Part shown: piece after piece, positions 1 to 8,847 of the stretch | Position numbering within the stretch: the stretch's first letter is position 1 | Layout: the number at the start of each line of letters is the position of its first letter | NCBI GenBank assembly: GCA_037381445.1 | Contig: JARRQT010000162.1 | Span: 505 to 24,205, forward strand | Reading direction: 5' to 3' | DNA from: Calditrichia bacterium | GTDB lineage: Bacteria > Calditrichota > Calditrichia > RBG-13-44-9 | DNA: 23,701 bases | Notes under the pieces: generated by a model | The model's database searches: none | What the model was told of the DNA's origin: nothing | Seen by the model: the letters and a program-made list of their open reading frames with translations, nothing else | Program-made: the position numbers and the translations under genes

Positions 1-13
1 GGAGAGGAAACAT

Positions 14-42
14 TTGTCTTTTCGGCATTGTTTTGATATATT
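14..42 (+). promoter_or_regulatory. Putative sigma70-type promoter for the bfr pair
   Basis: TTGTCT (14-19), 17-nt spacer, TATATT (37-42) preceded by TGn (extended -10); 36 nt upstream of the ATG at 79. Confidence 0.45.
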
Positions 43-78
43 AGAAAACGATAAACCAAGCCACGAGGAGAACGCCTG

Positions 79-543
79 ATGAAGGGAAATTCGAAAGTAC
101 TGGATATACTGAATGAAGTTTTGACCGCGGAATTGACGGCTATTAATCAATATTTCATTCACGCGGAAATGTGTGACGACTGGGGTTTCAAAAAACTCTA
201 TGAAGCGGCCAAAAAAGAATCAATTGAAGAAATGAAACATGCCGAAAGGCTCATCGAACGGATCCTGTTTCTGGAAGGGCAGCCCAATATGAGCCGTTAT
301 TTTAAGATTAATGTGGGCAAAAATGTAAAAGACCAACACAAGAATGATCTTCAATTGGAAGTGGAGGCCATCGAGCGGCTGCAGAAAGCCATTAGAATTT
401 GTCTCGAGGCCGGCGACGACGGCTCCCGGGAGCTGCTGGAGGGAATCTACCGGGAGGAGGAAGGGCATGTCGACTGGCTGGAAACGCAGTTGAATATGAT
501 AAAAGAAGTTGGGCTGGAAAATTATCTTGCCGAGCAGATGTAA
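79..543 (+). CDS. bfr: Bacterioferritin (copy 1)
   Basis: MKG start, ELTAINQYFIH and EEMKHAERLIERILFLEG motifs; ferroxidase ligands E18, E51, H54, E94, E127, H130 and heme ligand M52 all present; SD GAGGAG upstream. Confidence 0.97.
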   Translation: MKGNSKVLDILNEVLTAELTAINQYFIHAEMCDDWGFKKLYEAAKKESIEEMKHAERLIERILFLEGQPNMSRYFKINVGKNVKDQHKNDLQLEVEAIERLQKAIRICLEAGDDGSRELLEGIYREEEGHVDWLETQLNMIKEVGLENYLAEQM

Positions 544-607
544 TCAGGCAGGCCGCGAAAGCAAAACCAGACTGTTAAAAATTCAAAATTAATTGAGGAG
601 ACATCAT

Positions 608-1084
608 ATGAAGGGCGCTGCAGAAATCATCGAATATCTTAACAAATCGCTCGAAGGTGAGCTGTATGCAATTATGCAGTATATCCTGCACAGCGAAACC
701 ATGGAACATTTGGGGTACGACAAACTGGCTGCTCATATCAAACAGGAAGCAATGCAGGAAATGGTGCACGCAGAGAAACTGACGGAGCGGATTCTATTCC
801 TGGAAGGGACGCCAAAAATGCTTATGAACCGGGAAATAAAATGGGAGCAGGACTTCCGGAAGAACCTGGAGTCTCAGCTCAATGCGGAAATGGAAGGCAT
901 CGCCATTTATAAAGAAGGTGTTAAGCGCAGCCGTGAAGTGGAAGATGCCGGCACGCGTCAGCTTTTTCAATCCATCATCAAGGAAGAGGAGGATCATGTG
1001 GATTGGATTGAATCACAGTTTAATCTGATCGAAAAGGTAGGGCTTGAAAATTACCTTGCCCAGCATATGCACGGCGATGAGTAG
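608..1084 (+). CDS. bfr: Bacterioferritin (copy 2, divergent paralog)
   Basis: Start moved to ATG 608 (MKGAAE) after SD GAGGAG; E18, E51, M52, H54, E94, E127, H130 retained; ERILFLEG and GLENYLAQ motifs. Confidence 0.95.
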   Translation: MKGAAEIIEYLNKSLEGELYAIMQYILHSETMEHLGYDKLAAHIKQEAMQEMVHAEKLTERILFLEGTPKMLMNREIKWEQDFRKNLESQLNAEMEGIAIYKEGVKRSREVEDAGTRQLFQSIIKEEEDHVDWIESQFNLIEKVGLENYLAQHMHGDE

Positions 1085-1163
1085 ACTTGCGGTTGTCAAA
1101 GGGCAAGTGCACCAGCATCTAAAAAAAGCCAACGATTTTTATTGTTGGTTTTCAGAGGGACAT

Positions 1164-1196
1164 GGGAAGGATACCACGGCGGTATCCTTTTCTTTT
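1164..1196 (+). terminator. Intrinsic terminator after the bfr pair
   Basis: AAGGATACC-acggc-GGTATCCTT hairpin followed by a T-rich tract; a second G-U-containing hairpin lies at about 1124-1152. Confidence 0.75.
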
Positions 1197-1632
1197 GTAC
1201 TCCGCCGATGATCAATCTGAAAGTATCCGGGAAATTATGGCGTTCCGTGAAAGCCTGCTTAAGCCGGACAGGCACAGAAGATTTCCGTGCATAAAAAAAC
1301 CGAAGAATACGCTCTGCCGAATATTCCTGTGATCTGACTCGAAACCGATAGAAAGATGCATGGTATAAATCGAGTGATTCCGGACTGCAGGTTGTCTAAA
1401 GTCCGCTGATATGACAAAACTCGAAATTTCGATTTTGCCGGTTTGCCAATTATATGTTTCTACAAGACTTAAGCACCTAATATATTGATCATTCTGTAAT
1501 AACAAGAAAAATCATATTTAATAAATATTTGGAAATTTTGCACAAAGTAAAAAAATAGTTGGCATCTTTAAAAAATATTCATCATTTTATACGTGTAAAA
1601 TCATATAATAATTAAAGCAAGGAGAAGTGACG

Positions 1633-3118
1633 ATGAAAAAGATTTCTGTTGTTCTCGTGCTTGTGTCTGTATTGTTAATGATTTCGCAAAGTTTCTCCAC
1701 CAACGGAACCTATCTGAATGGTTTTAGCGCCATATCAATCGGTAGAGGCGGTCTTTCATACGGATTCTACGATTCTCCCATACTTATTATGCGCGATCCC
1801 GCTGCCATTTCATTTATGCCGACCTCGCTGGAAGGGAATTTCTCTCTCCTGATTCCCGGGTTACATTTCAAAAATGCTTTAAATGACAAAGAAGGTGAAA
1901 CAAAATACTTTCCCATGGGAGACCTGGTATTTGTGAACCGCTATCAGGATTCGAACTGGAATTGGGGATTCGGCGTCTTTACCCAAGGCGGAATGGGCGC
2001 GGATTTCAAATTAAAGAACTCGTTATTCAGGGACCAGAACGGGAATTACATTCTGCAGGATTATCACTCCAAATTTGGCGTGATCGAGGCGGGGCCGAGT
2101 ATTTCTTTTAAAGGAGGGGAGAATATCAGCATCGGCGCCTCCGTGCACTTGCTGTACGGCCAGATGGAAATGAAAATGCCATACAGCCTTTCACCCTCTG
2201 TTATGATGGGTGTTGCGATGCCTGGTCTTACATTCGGACAACTGTTCGGCAGCCCGATGTCTCAGGGCGGACTCGGGTATACGGAAGTTACCGCCTATGC
2301 CGATATGCGCGATGTGAACGGATTTGGCGTAAGCGGAACGGTGAGTGCCCAGTATAAAGTGAGTGGCCGGGTAACGGTGGGAGCTGGCTTCACCTCTAAC
2401 AGCTCTTTGAAATTGCGGGATGGGACAGCAACCATGGACATGACCGCCCAGTTCAATGATGCTGCAGATGGGAATAACCAATCCCGCTAACGCCACCCCC
2501 GAGCAGCTTCAGATGGCGCAGCAGGGTGTGCTGCAGCAATTCGGGCAATTGGGAATCAATCCCGCGCAGGGATTCAAAACCACCTATGACGCCGATGCCG
2601 ATCTAAAACTTCCGGCGGTGATGGGAATCGGATTCAGCTTTAATGCCACCGATATGCTGACTTTGGGAGCGGACGTGCAATATGTCCTCTGGAAAACTGC
2701 CTTCAATAATATGAAACTGAAGTTTACAAATGGAACCAATGCCAATATCAACCGGATGCTGGGAGGGACCAGCTTTGATACGGAATTTCCCCTGGAATGG
2801 GAAAATACTTATATTGTGAAGGTAGGCGCTCAAATGAAATTTTCCCCGCTGCTGATCGGACGGGTGGGTTTTATTCACGGAAAGAATCCTGTGCCTGACC
2901 AGACAGTATTCCCGGTTTTCCCCGCCATAGTTGAAAATCATGTCACAGCGGGATTTACCCTCAATTTCACCTCCCGGATCGCTTTTAATGCCGCCTATGA
3001 ACTGGCTCTCAATAAATCACAAACTTCCACCAACAGCATCATCGCCAGCGAATACAATAACAGCACAAGTGAACTAATGGAACATCTTCTGAATGCCTCG
3101 GTATTGATCCGGTTCTAA
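1633..3118 (+). pseudogene. OmpP1/FadL/TodX-family outer-membrane transporter split by a frameshift (ORFs 1633-2490 and 2456-3118)
   Basis: Signal peptide followed by the FadL hatch-like TNGTYLNGFSAISIGRGG and DPAAI; WGFGVFTQGGMGADF; the second ORF continues the barrel (LGADVQYVLW, GKNPVPD, FPAIVENHVTAG) and ends in a C-terminal Phe. SD AAGGAG favours ATG 1633. Confidence 0.85.
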
Positions 3119-3134
3119 ACGAAAATATATTTCC

Positions 3135-3167
3135 AGGCCTCTCAAAGGATGGGGAGGCCTTTCATTT
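3135..3167 (+). terminator. Hairpin / possible intrinsic terminator after the FadL-like gene
   Basis: AGGCCTCTC...GGGAGGCCT followed by TTCATTT. Confidence 0.55.
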
Positions 3168-3256
3168 AGCATAAAAAACTCTTTCATCTTTTGTGCGCCC
3201 GCAAAGAAGATGGAATCTTTATATAATTTTGTGATTCCCAAATGAAAGGAGATATT

Positions 3257-4270
3257 ATGCTGAAAAAGTTATCTGTATTGGTTTTGCTTTTCACGCTTCT
3301 GGGAAGTGGTAGTTCGTTATTTGCCCAGAGAGAAAACTCGCCTGAACAGGGCGTTTATCTTTATGTAATTCAGCAGGTCCCACTCAGTTTTGAAAAAACG
3401 GTTCAAAATTTAGAGCAGCAGATTAAAATCAGTCCCTTCCGGTTAGTCGGCAAGCTCGAAATCAAATCTCCGGAAAAGTGCTCTTACAGGTCAAACGTGC
3501 TGGTATTATACGATTCCGCCTATGCCAAACAGTTATTGGAAATTAACCGGTTCACCGCACCCTTTGCCATGTTAAACCGCATAAACGTCTTTGAGGATGA
3601 AAAAGGTGTTCAGGTGGCTATCGTGAATCCGGTCAGCATCAACCGGACCGTGCTGATGAGTGACAACGGCAATGATAAGATTTCGAAATTACAGCGTGAG
3701 AGATTGCGTTCACTGATAAAGACGGCTGTTCCCGGAGAATTGTCCGGCAAACATTACGGAGAGATCCGGGACAGAGGATATATCGGAAGAACACTGGGCA
3801 TCATGGCCGGCGGATCGTTTAATGACAAGATTGAAGTAATTAAGGAAATGCCGGGTGCCGATTTCATGGAGGTGGTTAAAAATGTTCAGGCAGGTATGAA
3901 CGGCGGCAACGGAAAATGGGGAATGCATCTGGTCTGCTCCTGTGTCTCTGAAGATGAGGGAATTGCAATTCTTGGTACCAGCGGTCCCGAACTGGAAGCC
4001 AAATCGTTTGAAATCGTGAAGGCCGGCAGTGACCATGAACGGAAAGATCTTAAATGTCCCGGTTTGGCCCACGCCGCTGCATATCCCATAGAAGTTGTAA
4101 TTGTAAAGGACAAGGATAATGTTAAGGTGGAAATGCTGGATATGATGTACCGCATGAAAATGTATTTTGAGGATGCAGGAAAATGGGCCTTTGCCAAAAA
4201 TATGGGGATGCCCGGCTCTGTTGCGGATGATGTAAAAAATCAGATCGCAACATTAACTGTGAGCAAGTGA
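3257..4270 (+). CDS. Secreted protein with two DUF302-like repeats
   Basis: SD AAAGGAG then ATG 3257; Sec signal ending SLFA; two similar halves (NRINVFEDEKGVQVAIVNP vs YPIEVVIVKDKDNVKVEMLDM) recalling DUF302. The CDS is secure; the family is tentative. Confidence 0.7.
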   Translation: MLKKLSVLVLLFTLLGSGSSLFAQRENSPEQGVYLYVIQQVPLSFEKTVQNLEQQIKISPFRLVGKLEIKSPEKCSYRSNVLVLYDSAYAKQLLEINRFTAPFAMLNRINVFEDEKGVQVAIVNPVSINRTVLMSDNGNDKISKLQRERLRSLIKTAVPGELSGKHYGEIRDRGYIGRTLGIMAGGSFNDKIEVIKEMPGADFMEVVKNVQAGMNGGNGKWGMHLVCSCVSEDEGIAILGTSGPELEAKSFEIVKAGSDHERKDLKCPGLAHAAAYPIEVVIVKDKDNVKVEMLDMMYRMKMYFEDAGKWAFAKNMGMPGSVADDVKNQIATLTVSK

Positions 4271-4354
4271 GTTTAATGCGGGAGCGAAGTCCTGCCAGTA
4301 AACAACCCGGGTTCGGTCAGTATACCCGAAAATGAGCGGATAAAAGAATAGTGC

Positions 4355-5101
4355 TTAGTAATCAGTTTGAGACAATTTCCGAATGTCTTTTGAGGCGGGA
4401 ATCCTTTTTTTAAATACATGATGAAAGGATTCCCGTTGATTGTTGATGATATCTCTATGATCTTCATTGACCTGAAGTCTGGTTAATTCATCCACTGCCC
4501 GGGACAAATTATTGACCGCACGATCAAAGTCCGGTTTCTTATCCGCGAGCCATCCGGGGAGTTCTGCGCTCTTCAGCGCGGCCGCCCTTTCCCGGAGTTG
4601 AGCGGTCGCCTCGTCCAGTTTTACCCAGTTCTTATTTGGCATATACTCATGATACACACGATAAAGTACCTCATGAAAAGCGCCCACTTCCGGTACCGGC
4701 GGATTGAGCACTTTAATGAGTCTTTCGTAAGCCGTGTGCAGGGCTTCCGCGGAATTTAGCAGGGCCCCCTTATTATGTTCATCTATGGCGGTTTTATAGG
4801 ATTTCATGACCTTTTGCATCCGGGAGATTTCCTCTTCCCAGCGCTGCTTCCTGTCCGGGAATCCCGCGGGAAATTCAGCCTGTTTTAACGTTTCGAAATG
4901 CTTTTCAATATCGGGAAACAGGGACGTTAAGAACTCAAAATTTTTGGCCGGGTAAGCTTTGTGCCACAGCGGAAAAATAACTTCATGCATCTGCTTCATC
5001 GCCGGTATTGTAATCCTTTGAGATTCAGTCTGCCTTTGCATAGCTAATGTGTCGCATATCAATACCAACAGAATGATGACAATTGGCAACTGCATTTTCA
5101 T
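4355..5101 (-). CDS. Secreted helical protein with an internal duplication and repeated His motifs (unknown function)
   Basis: SD GGAGG then ATG at 5101; signal-like N-terminus; repeats MHEVIFPLWH/FHEVLYRVYH, LKQAEFP/LKSAELP and EALHTAY/ESFHHVF. Confidence 0.8.
   Translation of the reverse strand: MKMQLPIVIILLVLICDTLAMQRQTESQRITIPAMKQMHEVIFPLWHKAYPAKNFEFLTSLFPDIEKHFETLKQAEFPAGFPDRKQRWEEEISRMQKVMKSYKTAIDEHNKGALLNSAEALHTAYERLIKVLNPPVPEVGAFHEVLYRVYHEYMPNKNWVKLDEATAQLRERAAALKSAELPGWLADKKPDFDRAVNNLSRAVDELTRLQVNEDHRDIINNQRESFHHVFKKRIPASKDIRKLSQTDY
4396..4435. terminator. Perfect 12-bp inverted repeat inside the 3' end of the minus-strand CDS; possible terminator between convergent genes
   Basis: CGGGAATCCTTT (4396-4407) and AAAGGATTCCCG (4424-4435). 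Confidence 0.5.
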
Positions 5102-5802
5102 AAAATATACCTCCGTATTATCAACACAGGTAAAATTCATCCCAGATAATTGATTTTAAATGTATTCAACCGCGTCCCAAAAAACAAATTATATTATCCC
5201 CTCCTGGCATTATATTGATTATCTGATTTTTCTCGCTGTACTCCTTTCATAAGAAGAAAGAGATGAACAGAAATGTTGTTACCATTGATCCTGAGGAAGA
5301 TTTATGGCTGAGAAAATCAGAATTATTAAAAGAAGCATTGTAATAGACTGACACCGGATTGAGCGATAAGCAGGGGAGAGGATAACAGATCAATTAATCA
5401 ATCCGCTACATGTGGTTCATCCAGGAAACGGGTAATTCCTGCCAACTTTGAAATCATACATTTTTTGCTGGAAGCTATCCAAATATCAATTTTTCCTAAT
5501 CTGACCGGGAGAAAACGGCATGTGAGTCGGATAGCATGTAAATTTGCAGGCACGGCTCTTTTACCGCCCCCTGAATGCAAATGCCTATTCGAATCCTTTT
5601 CTGTTGTCAAAAAATAATCAGTTAATAAGATCAATTAATTCCATCAGCTGGTACTGTATTTGTATCTTGTTCTATGTTAGACCTTGGGTTTATGGGGTAA
5701 GTGCAATTAACCATAAAAGGAGGAGAGCCAATGACATAATCCTACCAGATTTGTCGTTCTGCCAATTTAATTTAAAAAAACACTAATTATGGAGGTGTTG
5801 TA

Positions 5803-8790
5803 ATGTTTAAAAGGTTAATTCTGGTGTTATTGCTTCTGCCAGCCTTTATATTTGCCCAGTCATCGGGTAAAATTGCTGGCGTGGTAACAGACAAATCGAC
5901 CGGCGAGCCCTTGCCGGGAGTGAATGTAATTCTGGAGGGGACCACGATGGGCGCATCGACGGACATTGATGGGTACTACGTGATTTTGAATGTCCCTGTT
6001 GGTGTGTATAATATTCGTGCGAATTATATCGGTTACAAAGATGTCGTGATGCAGGGCGTTCGTGTATCCGCCAGCATCACAACAGAAATCAATTTCTCGC
6101 TGGAACCCACTACACTGGAGCTGGAAGAGGCTGTGGTGGTCACCGCCCAGCGTCCGCTTGTGGAGAAAAACGTTACCTCATCCGTCTCTTTGGTTACTAA
6201 TAAAGAGATTGAATCCGTGCCGATTCGCGGCCTGCAGAATTTAATTGCCCTGCAGACCAGCGTTGTGGTGCAGGACAATCAGGTCCACATTCGCGGAAGC
6301 CGTGCCGATGAAGTAGGCTATTACCTCGACGGTGCCAGCATCAACAATGTGAGAACCAATACCCAGTCCATTCATGTAATCCAGGAAGCTATTGAAGAGT
6401 TCTCCGTATACGCCGGTGGTTACACGGCTGAATTTGGCGGCGCCAATGGCGGAATTATCCGCTCCGAATTAAAAAGCGGCGGCTCCAATATTCATCTTTC
6501 CGCAGATTACCAGACGGATAAATTCGCCAAACAGGGTGATAAATTCCTGGGGACCTATTCCTACCGTTACCAGAATGCCGTTGGAACAATAAGTGGTCCG
6601 CTGCTTTCCAACAAGATCCGTTATTTCATTGCTGGTGAAAATACGGTTTACGGCGATCAGCAGGTCCGGTTCAGCGATGGATATGTCTTCAAAGACTTGA
6701 TCGACTATGGTGACATTACCGGAAATCAGGATACCGCGACGGTCTATTATCCCGATGGCTTTACCCCGCAGAACAAACGGAACCGCAGTGCCATCAACGG
6801 AACCCTGTTGTTCGATTTCAAGAATATGAAATTAAGGTTTGGCGGTGCTTATACCCATGATAACTCTCAACTCAGTCCTGTTCCGATGCTGAATATTCTG
6901 AACAGTCGTGATTTCAATGATGTCCAGAACACCATCTTGCTGACAGGACGTTTCACCCATGTCTTAAGTCCGAAAACTTATTATGAATTGAGTGCCAGCT
7001 TCTATAATGATAAACTGGAAAACCAGGATGAGTATTTTGGAAACGACTGGAGAAAGTGGTGGGATAGTACTGCCAACGCCGCGCTTGGATATCAGTATGC
7101 CAGCCGCTGGAGTCCGCAGAATCCCCATCTCTTCAATGGTTTTGCTTTCCCGGTTGACGGCTCTCCCGCAGTAGCCGGTTTCAATACGCCGTTCTATCTG
7201 CTTTACCGCTACCGTCTCGACAAACAAACCTATTATGGCGGCGGCCTGGACTTTGTTTCCCAGATTGGCCGGCACCATGAGGTGAAGGCGGGTATTAACG
7301 CCCGCTACTATACCGCGCGCCGTTTTCAGATTAATGGCCGGGGTGCTTTAAGACAGGCGGAAAACTACGGTGGAGAAGCTGCTATGTCTGCAACGGACTC
7401 CCTGCAGGCTGTATGGGCCCGCGCCGGTAATGTGAATAACTATGGATACGATTATTTCGGAAATGTGTATGACGGCGGCGGACTTGCAGCTCCCAAACAT
7501 CCGCTTTATGGCGCCCTTTATGTTCAGGATAAGATTGAATTTAATGACCTGATCGTGAATGCCGGTCTGCGTTTGGATTACTTTAATACAGACGATAAAG
7601 AGCTGAAAAATCCGGAGGATCCGGGCTATAACGTCAACACTTCTGTTCTTGAAGCGAGTGCTTTCAAGGATAAAAAACCGTTTGTGCAGCTTAGCCCCCG
7701 ACTTGGATTTTCCTTCCCGGTTACCGAAAGAACAGTATTTTACCTGCAGTACGGAAAGTTCATCCAGATGCCGCAGTTGGCTGACATGTATTTTGGACCT
7801 CAGAATTTGTCAACCAACATCCAGGGCGGCAATTTCTTCCTGAATCCGGTTGGATTTGGGTTGGATCCCATCAGAACCACTTCCTACGAAATCGGTTTCC
7901 GTCAGCAGTTGTCCTCCGTGGCGGCTTTTGAAATGAACGGATTTTATAAAAATGTAAAAGGCCTGGTGCAGGTTACCAAACAGTTTGTACTGCCTACCGC
8001 CTTTGTGTCTTCCTATGAAAAATTCACGAACCAGGATTTTGCCACCACCAAGGGTCTGGAATTCCGTATGACCCTGAGGCGCACCAACCGTGTGCAGGCG
8101 CAGGTGAATTATACCCTGACCAATGCTGAAGGCACCGGTTCCACCAGCACCTCCTATCACGGTGCAGTTTATAACGGCGATGTCACACCAACGGTATTGC
8201 AGCCTCTGGATTATTCACAGACCCATACCGGCTCTGTGATGCTGGATTACCGTTTTGGCAAGAACGACGGCGGTCCGATTCTGGAAAGACTGGGTGCCAA
8301 TATGATATTTACCTTCTCCAGTGGTCACCCCTATACCCAGGTCACTTATAATCTGGGACAGGTCAGCGCATACGATGCCGGTGTCAACTATATGCTGGAT
8401 TCCCGTTCCCGTTTCGCCACTGAGCCTCTGGGTAACTCCAGTACTCCCTGGAATTTTAACGTGGACCTGCGAATCGACAAAACCCTGACTCTGGCAAAGG
8501 TGGATTTCACGGTTTACGCCATGATTCAGAATCTCTTCAATACCAAAAATGTGCTGAACGTCTACCAGGCCAGCGGCAGTGCCGAAGAGGACGCTTTCCT
8601 GAATGTTCCTGCCAAGTCGGAAGCATTTGCCAGCAGCGCCGGTCATAGCACCCCCGAAGGTATCCAGACTTTCAGGGACATGTATACCGCTATTAATCTG
8701 GTGAATGGCCAGTCATATTGGGATGCCCTTGGTCTTCAGCTATACGGTCATCCGCGGCAGATCTGGTTTGGCGTTAAATTCGCCTATTGA
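5803..8790 (+). CDS. TonB-dependent receptor with N-terminal carboxypeptidase-regulatory-like domain
   Basis: Signal peptide; GKIAGVVTDKSTGEPLPGVNV domain; plug motifs HIRGSRADEVGYYLDG and GGYTAEFG; barrel motifs LYVQDKIEF, NAGLRLDYF, LSPRLGFSFP and NLFN; ends PRQIWFGVKFAY. Confidence 0.95.
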   Translation: MFKRLILVLLLLPAFIFAQSSGKIAGVVTDKSTGEPLPGVNVILEGTTMGASTDIDGYYVILNVPVGVYNIRANYIGYKDVVMQGVRVSASITTEINFSLEPTTLELEEAVVVTAQRPLVEKNVTSSVSLVTNKEIESVPIRGLQNLIALQTSVVVQDNQVHIRGSRADEVGYYLDGASINNVRTNTQSIHVIQEAIEEFSVYAGGYTAEFGGANGGIIRSELKSGGSNIHLSADYQTDKFAKQGDKFLGTYSYRYQNAVGTISGPLLSNKIRYFIAGENTVYGDQQVRFSDGYVFKDLIDYGDITGNQDTATVYYPDGFTPQNKRNRSAINGTLLFDFKNMKLRFGGAYTHDNSQLSPVPMLNILNSRDFNDVQNTILLTGRFTHVLSPKTYYELSASFYNDKLENQDEYFGNDWRKWWDSTANAALGYQYASRWSPQNPHLFNGFAFPVDGSPAVAGFNTPFYLLYRYRLDKQTYYGGGLDFVSQIGRHHEVKAGINARYYTARRFQINGRGALRQAENYGGEAAMSATDSLQAVWARAGNVNNYGYDYFGNVYDGGGLAAPKHPLYGALYVQDKIEFNDLIVNAGLRLDYFNTDDKELKNPEDPGYNVNTSVLEASAFKDKKPFVQLSPRLGFSFPVTERTVFYLQYGKFIQMPQLADMYFGPQNLSTNIQGGNFFLNPVGFGLDPIRTTSYEIGFRQQLSSVAAFEMNGFYKNVKGLVQVTKQFVLPTAFVSSYEKFTNQDFATTKGLEFRMTLRRTNRVQAQVNYTLTNAEGTGSTSTSYHGAVYNGDVTPTVLQPLDYSQTHTGSVMLDYRFGKNDGGPILERLGANMIFTFSSGHPYTQVTYNLGQVSAYDAGVNYMLDSRSRFATEPLGNSSTPWNFNVDLRIDKTLTLAKVDFTVYAMIQNLFNTKNVLNVYQASGSAEEDAFLNVPAKSEAFASSAGHSTPEGIQTFRDMYTAINLVNGQSYWDALGLQLYGHPRQIWFGVKFAY

Positions 8791-8847
8791 TCCTTCATTA
8801 AGCAGGATTGATACAATGATAAGAGAATAATAATTGAGGAGTAACAA

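Noticed and set aside
1381..1447. c-di-GMP-I riboswitch-like fragment (GTCTAA...TATGACA)
   Set aside because: No upstream GGCAAA/GNRA stem or GCAAAGC junction.
1212..1505. 97-aa minus-strand ORF and other intergenic ORFs (5398-5634, 5544-5786, 15687-15884, 21402-21599)
   Set aside because: No convincing SD or motifs; they overlap promoter regions or the tRNA.
5400..5802. Cobalamin or TPP riboswitch upstream of the TonB-dependent receptor
   Set aside because: No B12 box, GCCACTG or CTGAGA/ACCTGA arrangement found in this stretch.
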